Source: an uncultured Chloroflexia bacterium (lineage in GTDB: Bacteria > Chloroflexota > Chloroflexia > Thermomicrobiales > UBA6265). From it: a stretch of DNA of 64,000 bases. Shown piece by piece: positions 23,637-34,086 of the stretch. The DNA lies in assembly GCA_963777865.1 (NCBI GenBank), contig CAVZSG010000002.1:125863-189862 (forward strand), given 5' to 3'. The notes beneath the pieces were generated by a model. That model did not search any database and had not been told where the DNA came from. It worked only from the letters and a program-made list of their open reading frames with translations. Within the stretch, counting starts at the first letter, position 1, and every line of letters starts with the position of its first letter. A program made the translations under genes and the position numbers.

Positions 23637-24883
23637 TTAGTCGAGCGCCGGCATCATCGCTCCGGTTCGCTCGTCGTAGTGCACGCCCGGTTTCCAGTGA
23701 TCAAGACCGAGTCCGTCCGGATTCCAGACGACTTCGCCGGCCCGGAACGTCATCGCGCATGAGAGCCGCTGGGTGCCTGGCAATGCGTTCGCGACCGCAA
23801 TCGACGAATCCGAAGTCGCCGGTCAGCAGATCAAACACCGCGATATCAGCATCAGAACCAACATTGAGCGTGCCCAGTTCGGGATGATTGATTTCCCGCG
23901 CCGGGGCAACGGTCGATTTCTCGATGACGTCGACCAGCGGCACGCCGATGTTCAGGATCTTGTTCATCGTCTCCAGCATGTCGATGACGACGCCATTGAC
24001 ATTGCCGGTGTGCAGATCGGTGCTGATCGAGTCCGGCAGAAATCCCTGCTGGATGGCCGGGACTGCATTGCGGAACCAGAAGCTGCCGGCACCGTGACCG
24101 ACATCGAAAATGACGCCCTTTTCGCGAGCCTTCCACATGAAGTCAGAGACGACTCCCTCGCGATCCAGCACCGGGAATTGCTGCGCGAAGACATGGGTGT
24201 GGATATCGCCGGGGCGCAATCGATCGAGGAATCCCTCATACGGACGCTCCGGCAGCCACGGGCAGATGTCGACCATGATCGGCATGCCGCAGAGTTCGCC
24301 CGCTTCGAGCGCTGAATCGATGGCCATCCACGGCTGATGCTTTTCGTCGAACGGGCGCATCGCCCAGTAGTGTGCGGTCTTGATCCCCACCACGACATCG
24401 GCATATTCCTCGGCCATCGCGGCAGCGAGTTTCGGGCGGAACTCGACTTCCTCGTGCTCCCACCAGCCACCGGGACCGCCAGCACCCATTCCCTGGCCGA
24501 CGATATTGACGTAGGCGAAGATGCGCGGCTTGGCCGTGTCGATGATCGAGAGCTTGAAGTCGGGGAAGTCACGGTAACCGGCGGTACCGGTATCGACGAT
24601 CGTGGTGACCCCGGCGCGAAACGTGTGGACAAGCGGGTTGAGCGAGAGTTTCGAGCGCTGATGCGTTTCAAAGCAGTGAACGTGGATGTCGATGATGCCG
24701 GGCGTGACGATCTTGCCGGATAGATCAATGACTTTGGTGGCAGGTGTGACATCCAGATTCGGCCCGACCTGCGCGATCTTGCCATCGCTGATCAGGACAT
24801 CGGCCGGTACCATCGAGCCCGTTGGCCGGATCGATAACTCGCGCGCCCTGCAACAGAACATCGTGTTGGCGTCCGTCGAGCAT
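23637..24883 (-). CDS. Amidohydrolase/deacetylase (EF_0837/Atu3266 dihydroorotase-like family); frameshifts near both ends
   Basis: PGIIDIHVH, GVTTIVDTG, GIKT, PGDIHTH, FDVGHGAGSF, ISTDLH. Confidence 0.88.
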
Positions 24884-24886
24884 GAC

Positions 24887-25411
24887 CTAACCCTTCTGCA
24901 ATGCACGCTGGAGGAGCGCGGTTGAATAGAACTCGTATGAGGCCGCCTTGTCCGGAAAATCGATCAGATGCACCGTGAATCGGCAGGGCACACCGTTGTC
25001 GGGCAAGTTGTCGGCGAAAAAGGACGAGTAGGCCTCGGCATAGGCCTTCCGCAGTCGATCCTGCTCGGCGGCATATCCAGCGGGGTCGGCGAGGATGTTC
25101 GGAGTCTTGGGCTGGGCACCGAAGGCGTGCATCTCGACGAAATCGATGTCCCGCAATGACGAGCAGATTCCCGCCTCGACGACCCACTTCTCCCAGCACT
25201 TGAACACAAGGGCGACTTCCTGATGCGGGTCCATCGACACCAGTTCGTCGAGTCCAAGGACACCCTTCGCCGAGTAGCCACCGGTCAGTCCCGCAAAGTG
25301 AATCTTGAGGTCACCATCGGCTTGCTCTTCGGTCACGAGCGCCGAGAGAACCGGCCGGTCGCCATCGTAGTAATAGGTAAGCTTGCCGCGCTTTTTGATG
25401 TTGAACGCCAT
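24887..25411 (-). CDS. Hypothetical protein, probable highly divergent RidA/YjgF-fold protein
   Basis: C-terminal AYSSFF...PCRFTVHLIDFP...YEFYSTA parallels the Rid signature; strong RBS (aaggag); mid-operon. Confidence 0.55.
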   Translation of the reverse strand: MAFNIKKRGKLTYYYDGDRPVLSALVTEEQADGDLKIHFAGLTGGYSAKGVLGLDELVSMDPHQEVALVFKCWEKWVVEAGICSSLRDIDFVEMHAFGAQPKTPNILADPAGYAAEQDRLRKAYAEAYSSFFADNLPDNGVPCRFTVHLIDFPDKAASYEFYSTALLQRALQKG

Positions 25412-25431
25412 GAAACTGGTTCTCCTTCAGG

Positions 25432-26539
25432 TTAGGTGGTCAGGACCTGCCGCAGGCGGGCGGCAACGATATCGCCTTCCTCGCTGGTCAGGGTCTGCGG
25501 ATTGAGTCCGATAGTGTTCGGTTCATCAACCGGCTGGGAGACCTCGATCCAGACATCGCCGTTCTTCAGTTCGTCGATTACCTGGTCGCGCGTCTTCTTG
25601 AAGCTGCTGTCGAAGTGAACCATGGTGCGGGCGTGCGGTTGACCGGCTTCACTCGGAAAGCGCCGCTCGGTGGTTACGCCCGGAATTCCGGCGAGGTCTT
25701 CGATCCAGTTCTGGACGATCGATTCGTAGCCTTCCAGAATCGCGTCTTCGTCCTGATCAAGCGTGTACTGGACCGCTGCGAGCATGCCGGCCAGTTCCTC
25801 TTTACCGACCTTCATCGGTCGCCCGATGCCCTGCGTTGGCGGAGAGAGCCGGCGACATCCAGCGATCAGGTCTTTGGTTCCGAGGACCAGACCGGCCGCC
25901 TGCGGTCCGCGAATGCCCTTGCCGCCGCTGAAGATAATCCCCTCGCAACCGAGCACTTTGGTGTAATGCCAAAGACTGGAGACCGGGGGAATCTGGGCGG
26001 CCGCATCGACCAGAACCGGGACACCGTGCTTCTTTGCAATCGCTACGACGTCCTCGATCGGCAGGCGATTTCGCGGCCAGCGCACCGGCAAACCAGACCA
26101 GGCATGCTGTTCGCTCGGTGATGGCAGCCTCGAACGACTCCAGCGTGTCATCGCATTCGATGATGGTCGCGCCGGTTTGCAGGATCGCGAAATCGTATCC
26201 GTTGCGTTGCGAGGTGAAGACGATCGCTTCGTTTTTGGTGATTCCCTTCAGCATTGGATATGCCATTGGGTCTGGTTCGTTTGGGGCAGCCATCAGTGTC
26301 GCAACGGCGAAGACGATTCCCCCGGCCGCACCGGATGAGACAAACGCGGCCTCGTTTTGGGTCAGCTCGGCAATGCGATCGCCAATTCTCGTTTGCAGGA
26401 GTGGCAGATCGACGAACGAGCCTGCCGCCGCATGCATTGCCTCAAGGACCTCCTCGGGCATGCGCGAACCGCCAAGCTTGGTCAGAGTCGCCGACGCGTT
26501 GATGATCGGTTTGATTCCGAGGTCCTCATAAATGGTCAC
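25432..26539 (-). CDS. SelA-like PLP-dependent enzyme (DgaE-type ammonia-lyase family); frameshift near 26070
   Basis: IYEDLGIKPIINA..TLTKLGGS, LVDAAAQIPP, FSGGK..RGPQ, RPMKVGKEE. Confidence 0.88.
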
Positions 26540-26716
26540 AGGTGGCTCTCCTCACGTCGTCTGGCCCGCTTGCCGTTCGGCGTCAGCCTACCCAATCCGG
26601 ACACGAGATGCATCGCCTGATTTTGTGGCCAGCTTGTTCGTTACGCGCTGGGATGTGTTTGGCCCGCTCCGCTAAAGTATCTGTACACAGGTAGTCAGCA
26701 GCAGAGGGAGCCAGAA

Positions 26717-28568
26717 ATGACCCACAGCCAGTTTTCCGATCAGCCTGAAGTACGCACGTCGCCAACGACGAACAGGCGGCGGTTGTTGCAGGCGTCGGCT
26801 GGGGCGGCATTCCTGGCTGGCTCAGTTGGTTCGGCTCAGGCTCAGGACGCAACTCCCGTCGCGGAACCGGGTACATCGTTGAATCCGGTGGTTCCGTTCC
26901 CCGCTCCTGGAACCCGGACCTGCGCGCCGGGCACACAGATCGTATTCCGCGGATTACCGTTCGCCGATATCGGGCCCGTCTCGATCACCGGGTCGGAAAG
27001 CGGGGATCACGCCGGTGTCTGGATTGAACATGCAGATGGCAACGGCGGCAGTCTCAAGCGTGACCGCCCGTTCGTTCCCGGTGAAACGGTGTCAATCCGG
27101 ACGCGGATGGATATCCGGGGCATTGAGGAAGGCGACTACGAATTCACAGTGTCGGTTCCGCGGTTCGTGCGGGTTGAGCCGGGCCGAAATGATCCGGAAA
27201 TTCCGGAGGCGGTCAGTTCGTTCAGAAGTCGGCCCGGGCTGCGTCCGCCGATTATCTCAACCGAAGTGCTCAATCCGGGAGCGGACGAGGGGCTGATTTT
27301 CATGGCGCCCAAGAACGGTGCCGGTCGTGATGGTGCCCTCATCGTCGAGCAGACCGGAGAGCCGGTCTGGTTCTTGCCCGTCGACGTTGCCGAGAACCGC
27401 ATCTACGAATTCAGGGTTCAGAACTATCTTGCCCAGTCTGTGTTGACCTACTGGCAGGGACTTTCGGCCGGTGGGCACGGGTATGGACACTACGTGATTC
27501 GCAACAACCGGTATGAGGTAGTCGCCGAGTTTCAGGCAGAGGGTGGATATCTCGGCGGTGACCCGCACGAATTCCTGATCACTCCCAGAGGTACGGCCCT
27601 GATCATCATTTACCACATCATCGAGTGGGACTCTGAGCGAGGTCGAGGGATCTGCGAATGCCTACGCTGTCGACAATATCGTTCAGGAGTTGGAGATTGA
27701 GTCCGGAGCCGTCCTCTATGAATGGCACTGCCTGGACCACGTTCCGTTGAGCGACACGTATGACGAGATCACCGGTGAAGACGATGAAGAGCTGGACTAC
27801 TTCCATCTCAATTCGGTCAATGTCGACTTCGACGGCAGCATTCTGATCAGTGCCAGAAATACCTGGTCCTGTCACATGCTGCACCAGACGACCGGAGAAG
27901 TGATCTGGACACTTGGCGGGAAGCAATCGAGTTTCGCGCTGGGGGACGGCGTCGAGACGGCCTGGCAGCATGACTTCCGTGCGTCACCGGGGAACATCTA
28001 TACGATCTTCGACAATGGCGCCGCGCCGGAAATCCACGAGTACTCCCGGGGCATAAGGGTGGCGCTTGACCTGGAGGCGATGACGGCTGAACTGCAGCAG
28101 GAATATGCGCATCCTGACGTTGTGCTCAGTCGGAGCCAGGGCAATATGCAGACCTTGCCGAACGGAAACATCCTGATCGGCTGGGGCAACTTGCCGCTTG
28201 CGACCGAATTTGCGGCGGACGGCACACACCTTCAGGACTGGACGCTTCCGGAGGGGAAGGAGTCGTTCCGCACGTATAAGTTCCCGTGGACCGGGCAGCC
28301 CTCCGATCCGCCGAACCTCTCGATTCTTCGGGACGAGAATGAAGCACTGAATGCGTATGTATCGTGGAATGGCGATACCGGGACAGTCAGCTGGCGATTA
28401 CTGGCCGGGGCGAATCAGGATGCGCTCGAGGTTCGGGCCACTGTGGATCGCACAGGATTCGAAACAACCATTCCAGTTTCCGCGAATGATCTGTTCTTCA
28501 TGGCCGAGGCGATTGACGCATTGGGGAACGTGACCGGACAGACAAACCTCGTGGCAATAGCTGACTAG
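26717..28568 (+). CDS. Tat-exported arylsulfotransferase (ASST) family protein; frameshift near 27635
   Basis: NRRRLLQ Tat leader; DPHEF, YFHLNSV, ISARN, WQHDFR, FDNG, SQGNMQ.LPNGN. Confidence 0.85.
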
Positions 28569-28650
28569 CGAACACCTGTCGAATCGGGCCAGTTCTGTTC
28601 GACTGGATTGCGAAGAAGTATTTTGCCGTAGCTGGTCCAGGAGCATTGAG

Positions 28651-29217
28651 ATGCGAGAGTTGATCGTAACCGCGTTTGTTTCCGTTGATGGTGTGATGGA
28701 AGCACCCGGAGGTGAGGCCGGGTACAGGAATTCGGGCTGGACCTTCAAGGACGTCGAGTTCGACATGGCCGCGTATGAAATCAAAGGTACGGAGCAGGAC
28801 GAAGCGACGGCAATGCTGTTCGGCCGCAAGTCGTATCAGGCCTTCGCCCCAATCTGGCCGTCGATGACTGAAGAGTTCCCGAAATACAACGCCATGCCAA
28901 AGTACGTTGTCTCGACGACGCTGACCGAGACCGATCCGGGTTGGCCGGCGACGATTCTCCGTTCCTTGGACGAGGTCGCCGAACTGAAGAAATCTGACGG
29001 CGGTCCGATCATCGTGCACGGAAGTGGCGAGCTTGGCCATTCGCTGGCTGAGGCAGGGCTGGTCGATCGCTATCACCTGCTTGTGTTCCCGTTATTGCTC
29101 GGAGCGGGAAAGCGGCTTTTCGGAACTCCGGACCTGGATGCAAGGAAACTGCGCCTGATTGATCACGCGGTCTACAGCAACGGAATCCAGAAGCAGGTCT
29201 TCGAGGTCGTCAACTAA
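28651..29217 (+). CDS. Dihydrofolate-reductase-like (RibD C-terminal) protein
   Basis: FVSVDGVMEAP, LFGRKSY, PKYVVS, VHGSG, LVD.Y.L.VFP.LLGAGKRLF. Confidence 0.9.
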   Translation: MRELIVTAFVSVDGVMEAPGGEAGYRNSGWTFKDVEFDMAAYEIKGTEQDEATAMLFGRKSYQAFAPIWPSMTEEFPKYNAMPKYVVSTTLTETDPGWPATILRSLDEVAELKKSDGGPIIVHGSGELGHSLAEAGLVDRYHLLVFPLLLGAGKRLFGTPDLDARKLRLIDHAVYSNGIQKQVFEVVN

Positions 29218-29233
29218 ATCGGCTCACAGAAGC

Positions 29234-30046
29234 TCAGTCGACCTTCTCGGGCACGTACGTGCTGTGCGCGCCATCGACCAGAAGTGTCTGGCCGTTCAGA
29301 TATTGCGACTCCGGGGAGGCGAGGAAACGAACGACGGCAGCGATGTCTTCGGAACGCCCGACTCGACCGCTCGGGATGTGCTGCTCGTAGATGGCGCGCT
29401 TGTCCGGGTCGTATGACTTCATGCCCGGCCGATCGGCAATCGCACCCGGAGCGATGCAATTGACCGTGATGCCGTACGGCGCGAGTTCGTAGGCCATGTT
29501 CCGGGTCATGGTTTCCACTGCGCCTTTTGCGGAGTCATAGACTGCGGCATCGGCATGGCAGTGCTTGGCCCCTATCGTGCTGGTGTTGATGATCCGGCCC
29601 TGAATCCCCTTGTCCATCATCTGCTTGCCGATGTGCTGGGCGAGGATGAAGGGTGAGCGGAAATTGACATTGAGCTGATACTCGAAGTCGTCGTCGCTGT
29701 AGTTCCAGAAATTGTTGCGGATAGACATCCCCGCGTTGTTGACCAGGATGTCGATTTGCGGCACAGTCGCCAGTGCTTCCTCCGCAAGGCGGTGGGCGTC
29801 GGCAATCACTGATGTGTCGGCCGGTATTCCCCAGGCGTCGACTCCCAGTTGCTGAATTGCTTCGACTGAATTCTGGACCGCGTCCGCTTCCCGGCCGGAC
29901 ACGATGATCGATGCTCCGGCGGCTGCGAGCCATTCCGCGGACGTGCGCCCGAGCCCACGAGTACTTCCGGTGATGAGGGCGATCTTGCCAGCAAGCGGCA
30001 GAGGGTTGTGGGTTGGAATTTGGGCTTTGTACACGTCAGGGTTCAC
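29234..30046 (-). CDS. SDR family NAD(P)-dependent oxidoreductase
   Basis: TGSTRGLG, NNAG, YDSAK, VNCIAPG. Confidence 0.92.
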   Translation of the reverse strand: MNPDVYKAQIPTHNPLPLAGKIALITGSTRGLGRTSAEWLAAAGASIIVSGREADAVQNSVEAIQQLGVDAWGIPADTSVIADAHRLAEEALATVPQIDILVNNAGMSIRNNFWNYSDDDFEYQLNVNFRSPFILAQHIGKQMMDKGIQGRIINTSTIGAKHCHADAAVYDSAKGAVETMTRNMAYELAPYGITVNCIAPGAIADRPGMKSYDPDKRAIYEQHIPSGRVGRSEDIAAVVRFLASPESQYLNGQTLLVDGAHSTYVPEKVD

Positions 30047-30137
30047 CTTCGTTGAAAACGATGATTTCGGATCGAGTCATTGCCGTAATTGTCGGTCAGG
30101 AAGCCGGCCAAATGTCGGAGCTCATCCGAATCATCAG

Positions 30138-31049
30138 CTAACCCTTTAGCGCCCCAGCCGTCAGGCCGGACTCGAGCCGACGCTGGAAGAGGATGTAGAC
30201 GATTAGTGTCGGGATCATGGTGATGGTCATGGCGGCGAACAGCGCGCTGTAGTCGTTGCTGTATCCCTGCTGAATCGCAAGGAACGCCAGGCCCTGGGAG
30301 AGCACGTACTTGTTCTCGTCCGGCATCAGCACAAGCGGAAGCAGGAACTGATTCCACTGACCGAGGAAGTTGAAGATGCCCATCGCAATCAGTCCCGGTG
30401 CGGCCATCGGCAACATGATGTTGAAGAAGATGCGGTAGTGGCTCGCGCCGTCCACCAACGCCGCTTCCGCGACTTCACTTGGCAAGGTCCGGAAAAAGCC
30501 GGTCAGGAAGAAGATGGTGAACGGTAACGAGTAGGCGATGTAGACGAGGATCAGGCCGCGATAGGTAGCCGTCATGCCGAGATCCTGGACCAGGAAGAAG
30601 AGTGGGACGAGCGCGAGAAAGACCGGGAACATCAGCCCTGCCATAAAGAGATAGGAGATCCACTTGCGACCCGGGAACTCGAACCTGGCCAGAACGTACG
30701 CGGCCATCGACGAGACAAGCAGGGTTCCGGCCAGTGACGGGACGACCACGATGACGGAGTTCACGAAGTAGCGGCCGATCCTTGCCTCGTTCCAGGCACG
30801 GGAGAAATTGTTCCACTGCACGGTGTCCGGGAAATTCCACGGACTGAAGAGAATCTCCGGGTCGGTCTTGAACGAAGTCATCACCATCCAGAGGAACGGA
30901 AAGATGACCATGATCGCCCAGAACATGAGCAGTATCTGGGCAGTTCCATTAAACGCGAACGAACCTAGTTTTGATTCGCCTGCAACACCCTGCAGTTTGG
31001 GAGTAGCCAGATTGGTCGTGGGTTCCTGGACTGGAGTTTCGTCGGTCAT
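30138..31049 (-). CDS. ngcG: Carbohydrate ABC transporter permease (GlcNAc/chitobiose type)
   Basis: EAALVDGA EAA loop, GQWNQFLLP; downstream of ngcE/ngcF. Confidence 0.8.
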   Translation of the reverse strand: MTDETPVQEPTTNLATPKLQGVAGESKLGSFAFNGTAQILLMFWAIMVIFPFLWMVMTSFKTDPEILFSPWNFPDTVQWNNFSRAWNEARIGRYFVNSVIVVVPSLAGTLLVSSMAAYVLARFEFPGRKWISYLFMAGLMFPVFLALVPLFFLVQDLGMTATYRGLILVYIAYSLPFTIFFLTGFFRTLPSEVAEAALVDGASHYRIFFNIMLPMAAPGLIAMGIFNFLGQWNQFLLPLVLMPDENKYVLSQGLAFLAIQQGYSNDYSALFAAMTITMIPTLIVYILFQRRLESGLTAGALKG

Positions 31050-31061
31050 TGCGCGGTCCCC

Positions 31062-31955
31062 CTAGAACTCGTAGGTTTCGCGACGGGTGAGCCGCATGAT
31101 CACAACCGAAAGCAGCAGAGTCAGGAGCAGCAGAATCACGCCGATTGCCGATGCATAGCCCCAGCGGCTGCGATCGAATGCCTGGTTGTAGAGGTACAGG
31201 GCGGCAACTTCTGCCCGCCGACCTGATCCGACACCACCACCGGTCATGACCTGGACCAGCACGAAGACATCGAGCGCGATGATGCCGATGTAGATAACGG
31301 TCGTTCGAAGGGTTTCCCAGATCAGCGGGAAGGTGATGTCCCGGAACGACGTCCACCGATTGGCGCCATCGAGGGTCGCGGCTTCATAAAAAGAAGTCGG
31401 GATGGACTGCATGCTGGCGATGTAAATGACCATGTAGAAGCCGACGCTGGACCAGACGATGACCGCCACGATTGCCCAGAGGATGGTCGTCGGATTTCCG
31501 AGCCAGGCGCGTTGCAGAAAATCGAGTCCGAGGACATCGAGCGTTCCGTTGAGCAGGCCGACGTTGGGGTGATAGACGTAACCCCAGAGCATGCCGACGA
31601 TAACGGCCGAAATGACTTGGGGAAAGAAGAAGACAACCCGGTAGAAGCCGGCACCTTTGATCGCGTTGGTTCCCTGGGTGAACAGTGCCGCGAACGTTAG
31701 CGAAATACCGATCGTCACAAGCGGCAGCACGATCAGTATTTGACCGTTGCGGGAAAGCGCTTCCCGGAGGCGGGTGTCGTTCCAGGCGCGCTGGTAGTTA
31801 TCCAGTCCAACCCATGGCTTGTTTTGCGATACCCCCCGCCACTCTGTGAACGACACATAGATGGACTGGGCGTACGGCCAAAGCACAAAGAGACCGTAGA
31901 GTAAAAGTGCCGGTGCCAGGAATGGGATGATCAGTCGGTACTTGTGGTGGTGCAC
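31062..31955 (-). CDS. ngcF: Carbohydrate ABC transporter permease (GlcNAc/chitobiose type)
   Basis: EAATLDGA EAA loop, WGYASAIG; adjacent to ngcE. Confidence 0.8.
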   Translation of the reverse strand: MHHHKYRLIIPFLAPALLLYGLFVLWPYAQSIYVSFTEWRGVSQNKPWVGLDNYQRAWNDTRLREALSRNGQILIVLPLVTIGISLTFAALFTQGTNAIKGAGFYRVVFFFPQVISAVIVGMLWGYVYHPNVGLLNGTLDVLGLDFLQRAWLGNPTTILWAIVAVIVWSSVGFYMVIYIASMQSIPTSFYEAATLDGANRWTSFRDITFPLIWETLRTTVIYIGIIALDVFVLVQVMTGGGVGSGRRAEVAALYLYNQAFDRSRWGYASAIGVILLLLTLLLSVVIMRLTRRETYEF

Positions 31956-32007
31956 AGGCCGCCCCGCTGCGTGAGATTGACAGGTCGCCGATTCGATGGG
32001 GTTGGGA

Positions 32008-32039
32008 ACGACTGGCGATTCAGTTGAATCGCCAGTCGT
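32008..32039. terminator. Perfect 15-bp inverted repeat between ngcE and ngcF (mRNA-stabilising hairpin or partial terminator)
   Basis: acgactggcgattca-gt-tgaatcgccagtcgt. Confidence 0.75.
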
Positions 32040-32053
32040 AGTTCATGGAGGAG

Positions 32054-33503
32054 TTACGCCTCGCGGGTGTACTTCGGAATCGCGTCGTCTTCAGCGACAG
32101 CATCAGCCATTTCCTGGACGAGGTCCTGGAATTCGCTGATCCCGATCTGCTTCTGCATCAGCGCCAGCAGCTGGAAGCGGGACTCATCCTGCAAGTCCTT
32201 GTACCAACCCTGGTAGCTCGGGTTCGGGAAGGTGTTCGCGCCGGCGTTCGTGATCGCTTGCTGGGTGGATGCGAATGCCGTACCAAGATCGAGTCCGTCG
32301 CCGGAACCGAGCACGACCGAGAGGGACTTGGTGTCTTCAGCGAAGAACCGGCCACCTTCCTGCGAGAAGAGCAAGCGGAGCCATTCCATACCACCCGGGA
32401 CATTTGCGGCCTGGGACGGAACAATGAACGGTTCGCCGGCTGTGGCGATGATTGCCTCGAATGGCAGCTCGTCGCCTTCCAAGCGATGGAGTCGGCGCGA
32501 CAACCATGTTGAAGTCCTCAGGGACCAGGTCGCCCATTTCGTTCTGGAGCCACGTGCCGCACGGCAGGAACGCACCCTTGCCCTGCAACCACTCGGCCTG
32601 CGATTGGGTGTGATCCAGCGCTTCCCAACCGGAGAGGAAGAGATCCTTGTCTGCCAGCATGTAGAGGTTTTCGAGGACAAAGGTGACCGCGTCGGACTTC
32701 CAGGCATCCGGCTCGAGATTGTCGATTGCGATTGCCGCGGCCGGGCTGTGCTTGTACAGCATCTGATCGAACATGAAGTTCTTCAGGTACTGCGGGTGCA
32801 CACCGGTGGTCACGAACGGAGCCACTCCGGCGCCCTTGATCTCTTCCGAGAAGGCGATGAAGTCCGTCCAGGTCGTCGGATAGGTGTAGCTGTTGGCCTG
32901 CATCCAGGTGTCGCTGTACCAGACGCCGACGACCGTCAGGGCCCAGTTCAGGTAGAGCTGTTTGCCATCGAACATACCGGTGGATTGCGAGCCGGGCACA
33001 AGTGTGTCAGCGAACAGAACGCCCTCGGTGTCGTACGACGGAGCAGCCATCAACGGAGCGAGATCGGCCAACTGACCTTCGGCGACCAGCGCAGCCATAT
33101 CGAGGTTACCGGCACCGGAATTGTCGATCACGTCTGGTGGATTACCAGCGACAAATCGAGGCTGAAGTTGGGCACCGAGACCCTGAATGCCGGCGTACGT
33201 GATCTGGGCATCCGGGAAGAGCGCACCGTACAGGTTGTCATTGACATTGATTGCGTAGTTATCGCCGAAGCCGCCCTTGAAGATGACCACGTCGAGCGGT
33301 GCAGCCGGATCGACTCCGAGCGGATTGGTGGCACCGGCGGCAGGACTGGCCTGCGCGAAGGCACTGAGGGGACGAGCGCCGGTGAAGAGCGCGACGGCGG
33401 CCGGGAACGAGAGTCCCATGGCGGCGGCGCGTTGCAAAAGGGCGCGACGGGAATGTTGGCCGCTGTTGGCATCTGCCATGAGCTGGCGAATCTGGTCCTG
33501 CAT
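32054..33503 (-). CDS. ngcE: N-acetylglucosamine/diacetylchitobiose ABC substrate-binding protein, Tat-exported; frameshift near 32485
   Basis: NPLGVDPAAPLDVVIFKGGFGD.YA, LQPRFVAGNPPDVIDNSG, AGEPFIVP typical of NgcE; SRRALLQ leader. Confidence 0.88.
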
Positions 33504-33826
33504 GGGTCGAAATCCTCCTCTGGATTCTGGTTGAACCAACCTTGGTTCGTCCGTTTCGGCCTGGGTTTACCCGTTGCGACCGACACGAGTCAGGAATCGC
33601 TCGGGTCTCGCTTGACAGTTTTCCTCCCGGGTCACCTCCTGGTGGATATGAGCCGCTTTATCGGGCGTTCCATGGGTCAATCACGTCAATTGACGATGGG
33701 AATCACTATAGCCAGTTGTGGTGGCGCGAATCGTCATGTGCGTAGCACGCACTGCTCTAAATGGCCGTTATCGTAAAGTTAGTGTATGGTGTGCAACAAA
33801 TTAATGATCAGTCTGGAGGGCACGTA

Positions 33827-33858
33827 GAACACCCTCTGGCGAGCGCCAGAGGGTGTTC
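33827..33858 (-). terminator. Hairpin terminator after the hydantoinase operon
   Basis: gaacaccctctggcg-ag-cgccagagggtgttc, ~10 nt after the small-gene stop. Confidence 0.75.
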
Positions 33859-33867
33859 AAGTGGATG

Positions 33868-34086
33868 CTACTTCGGCGTCCCGTGGGTTGGGATCCAGTA
33901 GCTCACGTACAACTCTTCGTGGGCCGGGTCGCAGAAGGGCTTTGGCTCACCAATCGGAGAGGCGAGCCAATACTGGCGAGCGATCGGGCGGCCGCAAAAT
34001 GTGCAGGCAATCCGGATTGGTTCGATGTAGCTGACCGGCGGCATGATCCACTCACCGGTCGTGGGCAGATTGGTCGTGTCTGTCAT
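33868..34086 (-). CDS. Small Cys/His putative metal-binding protein (CxxC...FCxxxH)
   Basis: ATGA overlap with the hydantoinase B stop; CTFCGRPI...FCDPAH. Confidence 0.6.
   Translation of the reverse strand: MTDTTNLPTTGEWIMPPVSYIEPIRIACTFCGRPIARQYWLASPIGEPKPFCDPAHEELYVSYWIPTHGTPK

Noticed and set aside
23637..24883. pyrC dihydroorotase
   Set aside because: Motifs (DVGHGAGSF, STDLH) and context match the EF_0837/Atu3266 amidohydrolases; no pyr genes are nearby
25432..26539. True selenocysteine synthase selA
   Set aside because: Shorter DgaE-like form; no selB, selC or selD in the window
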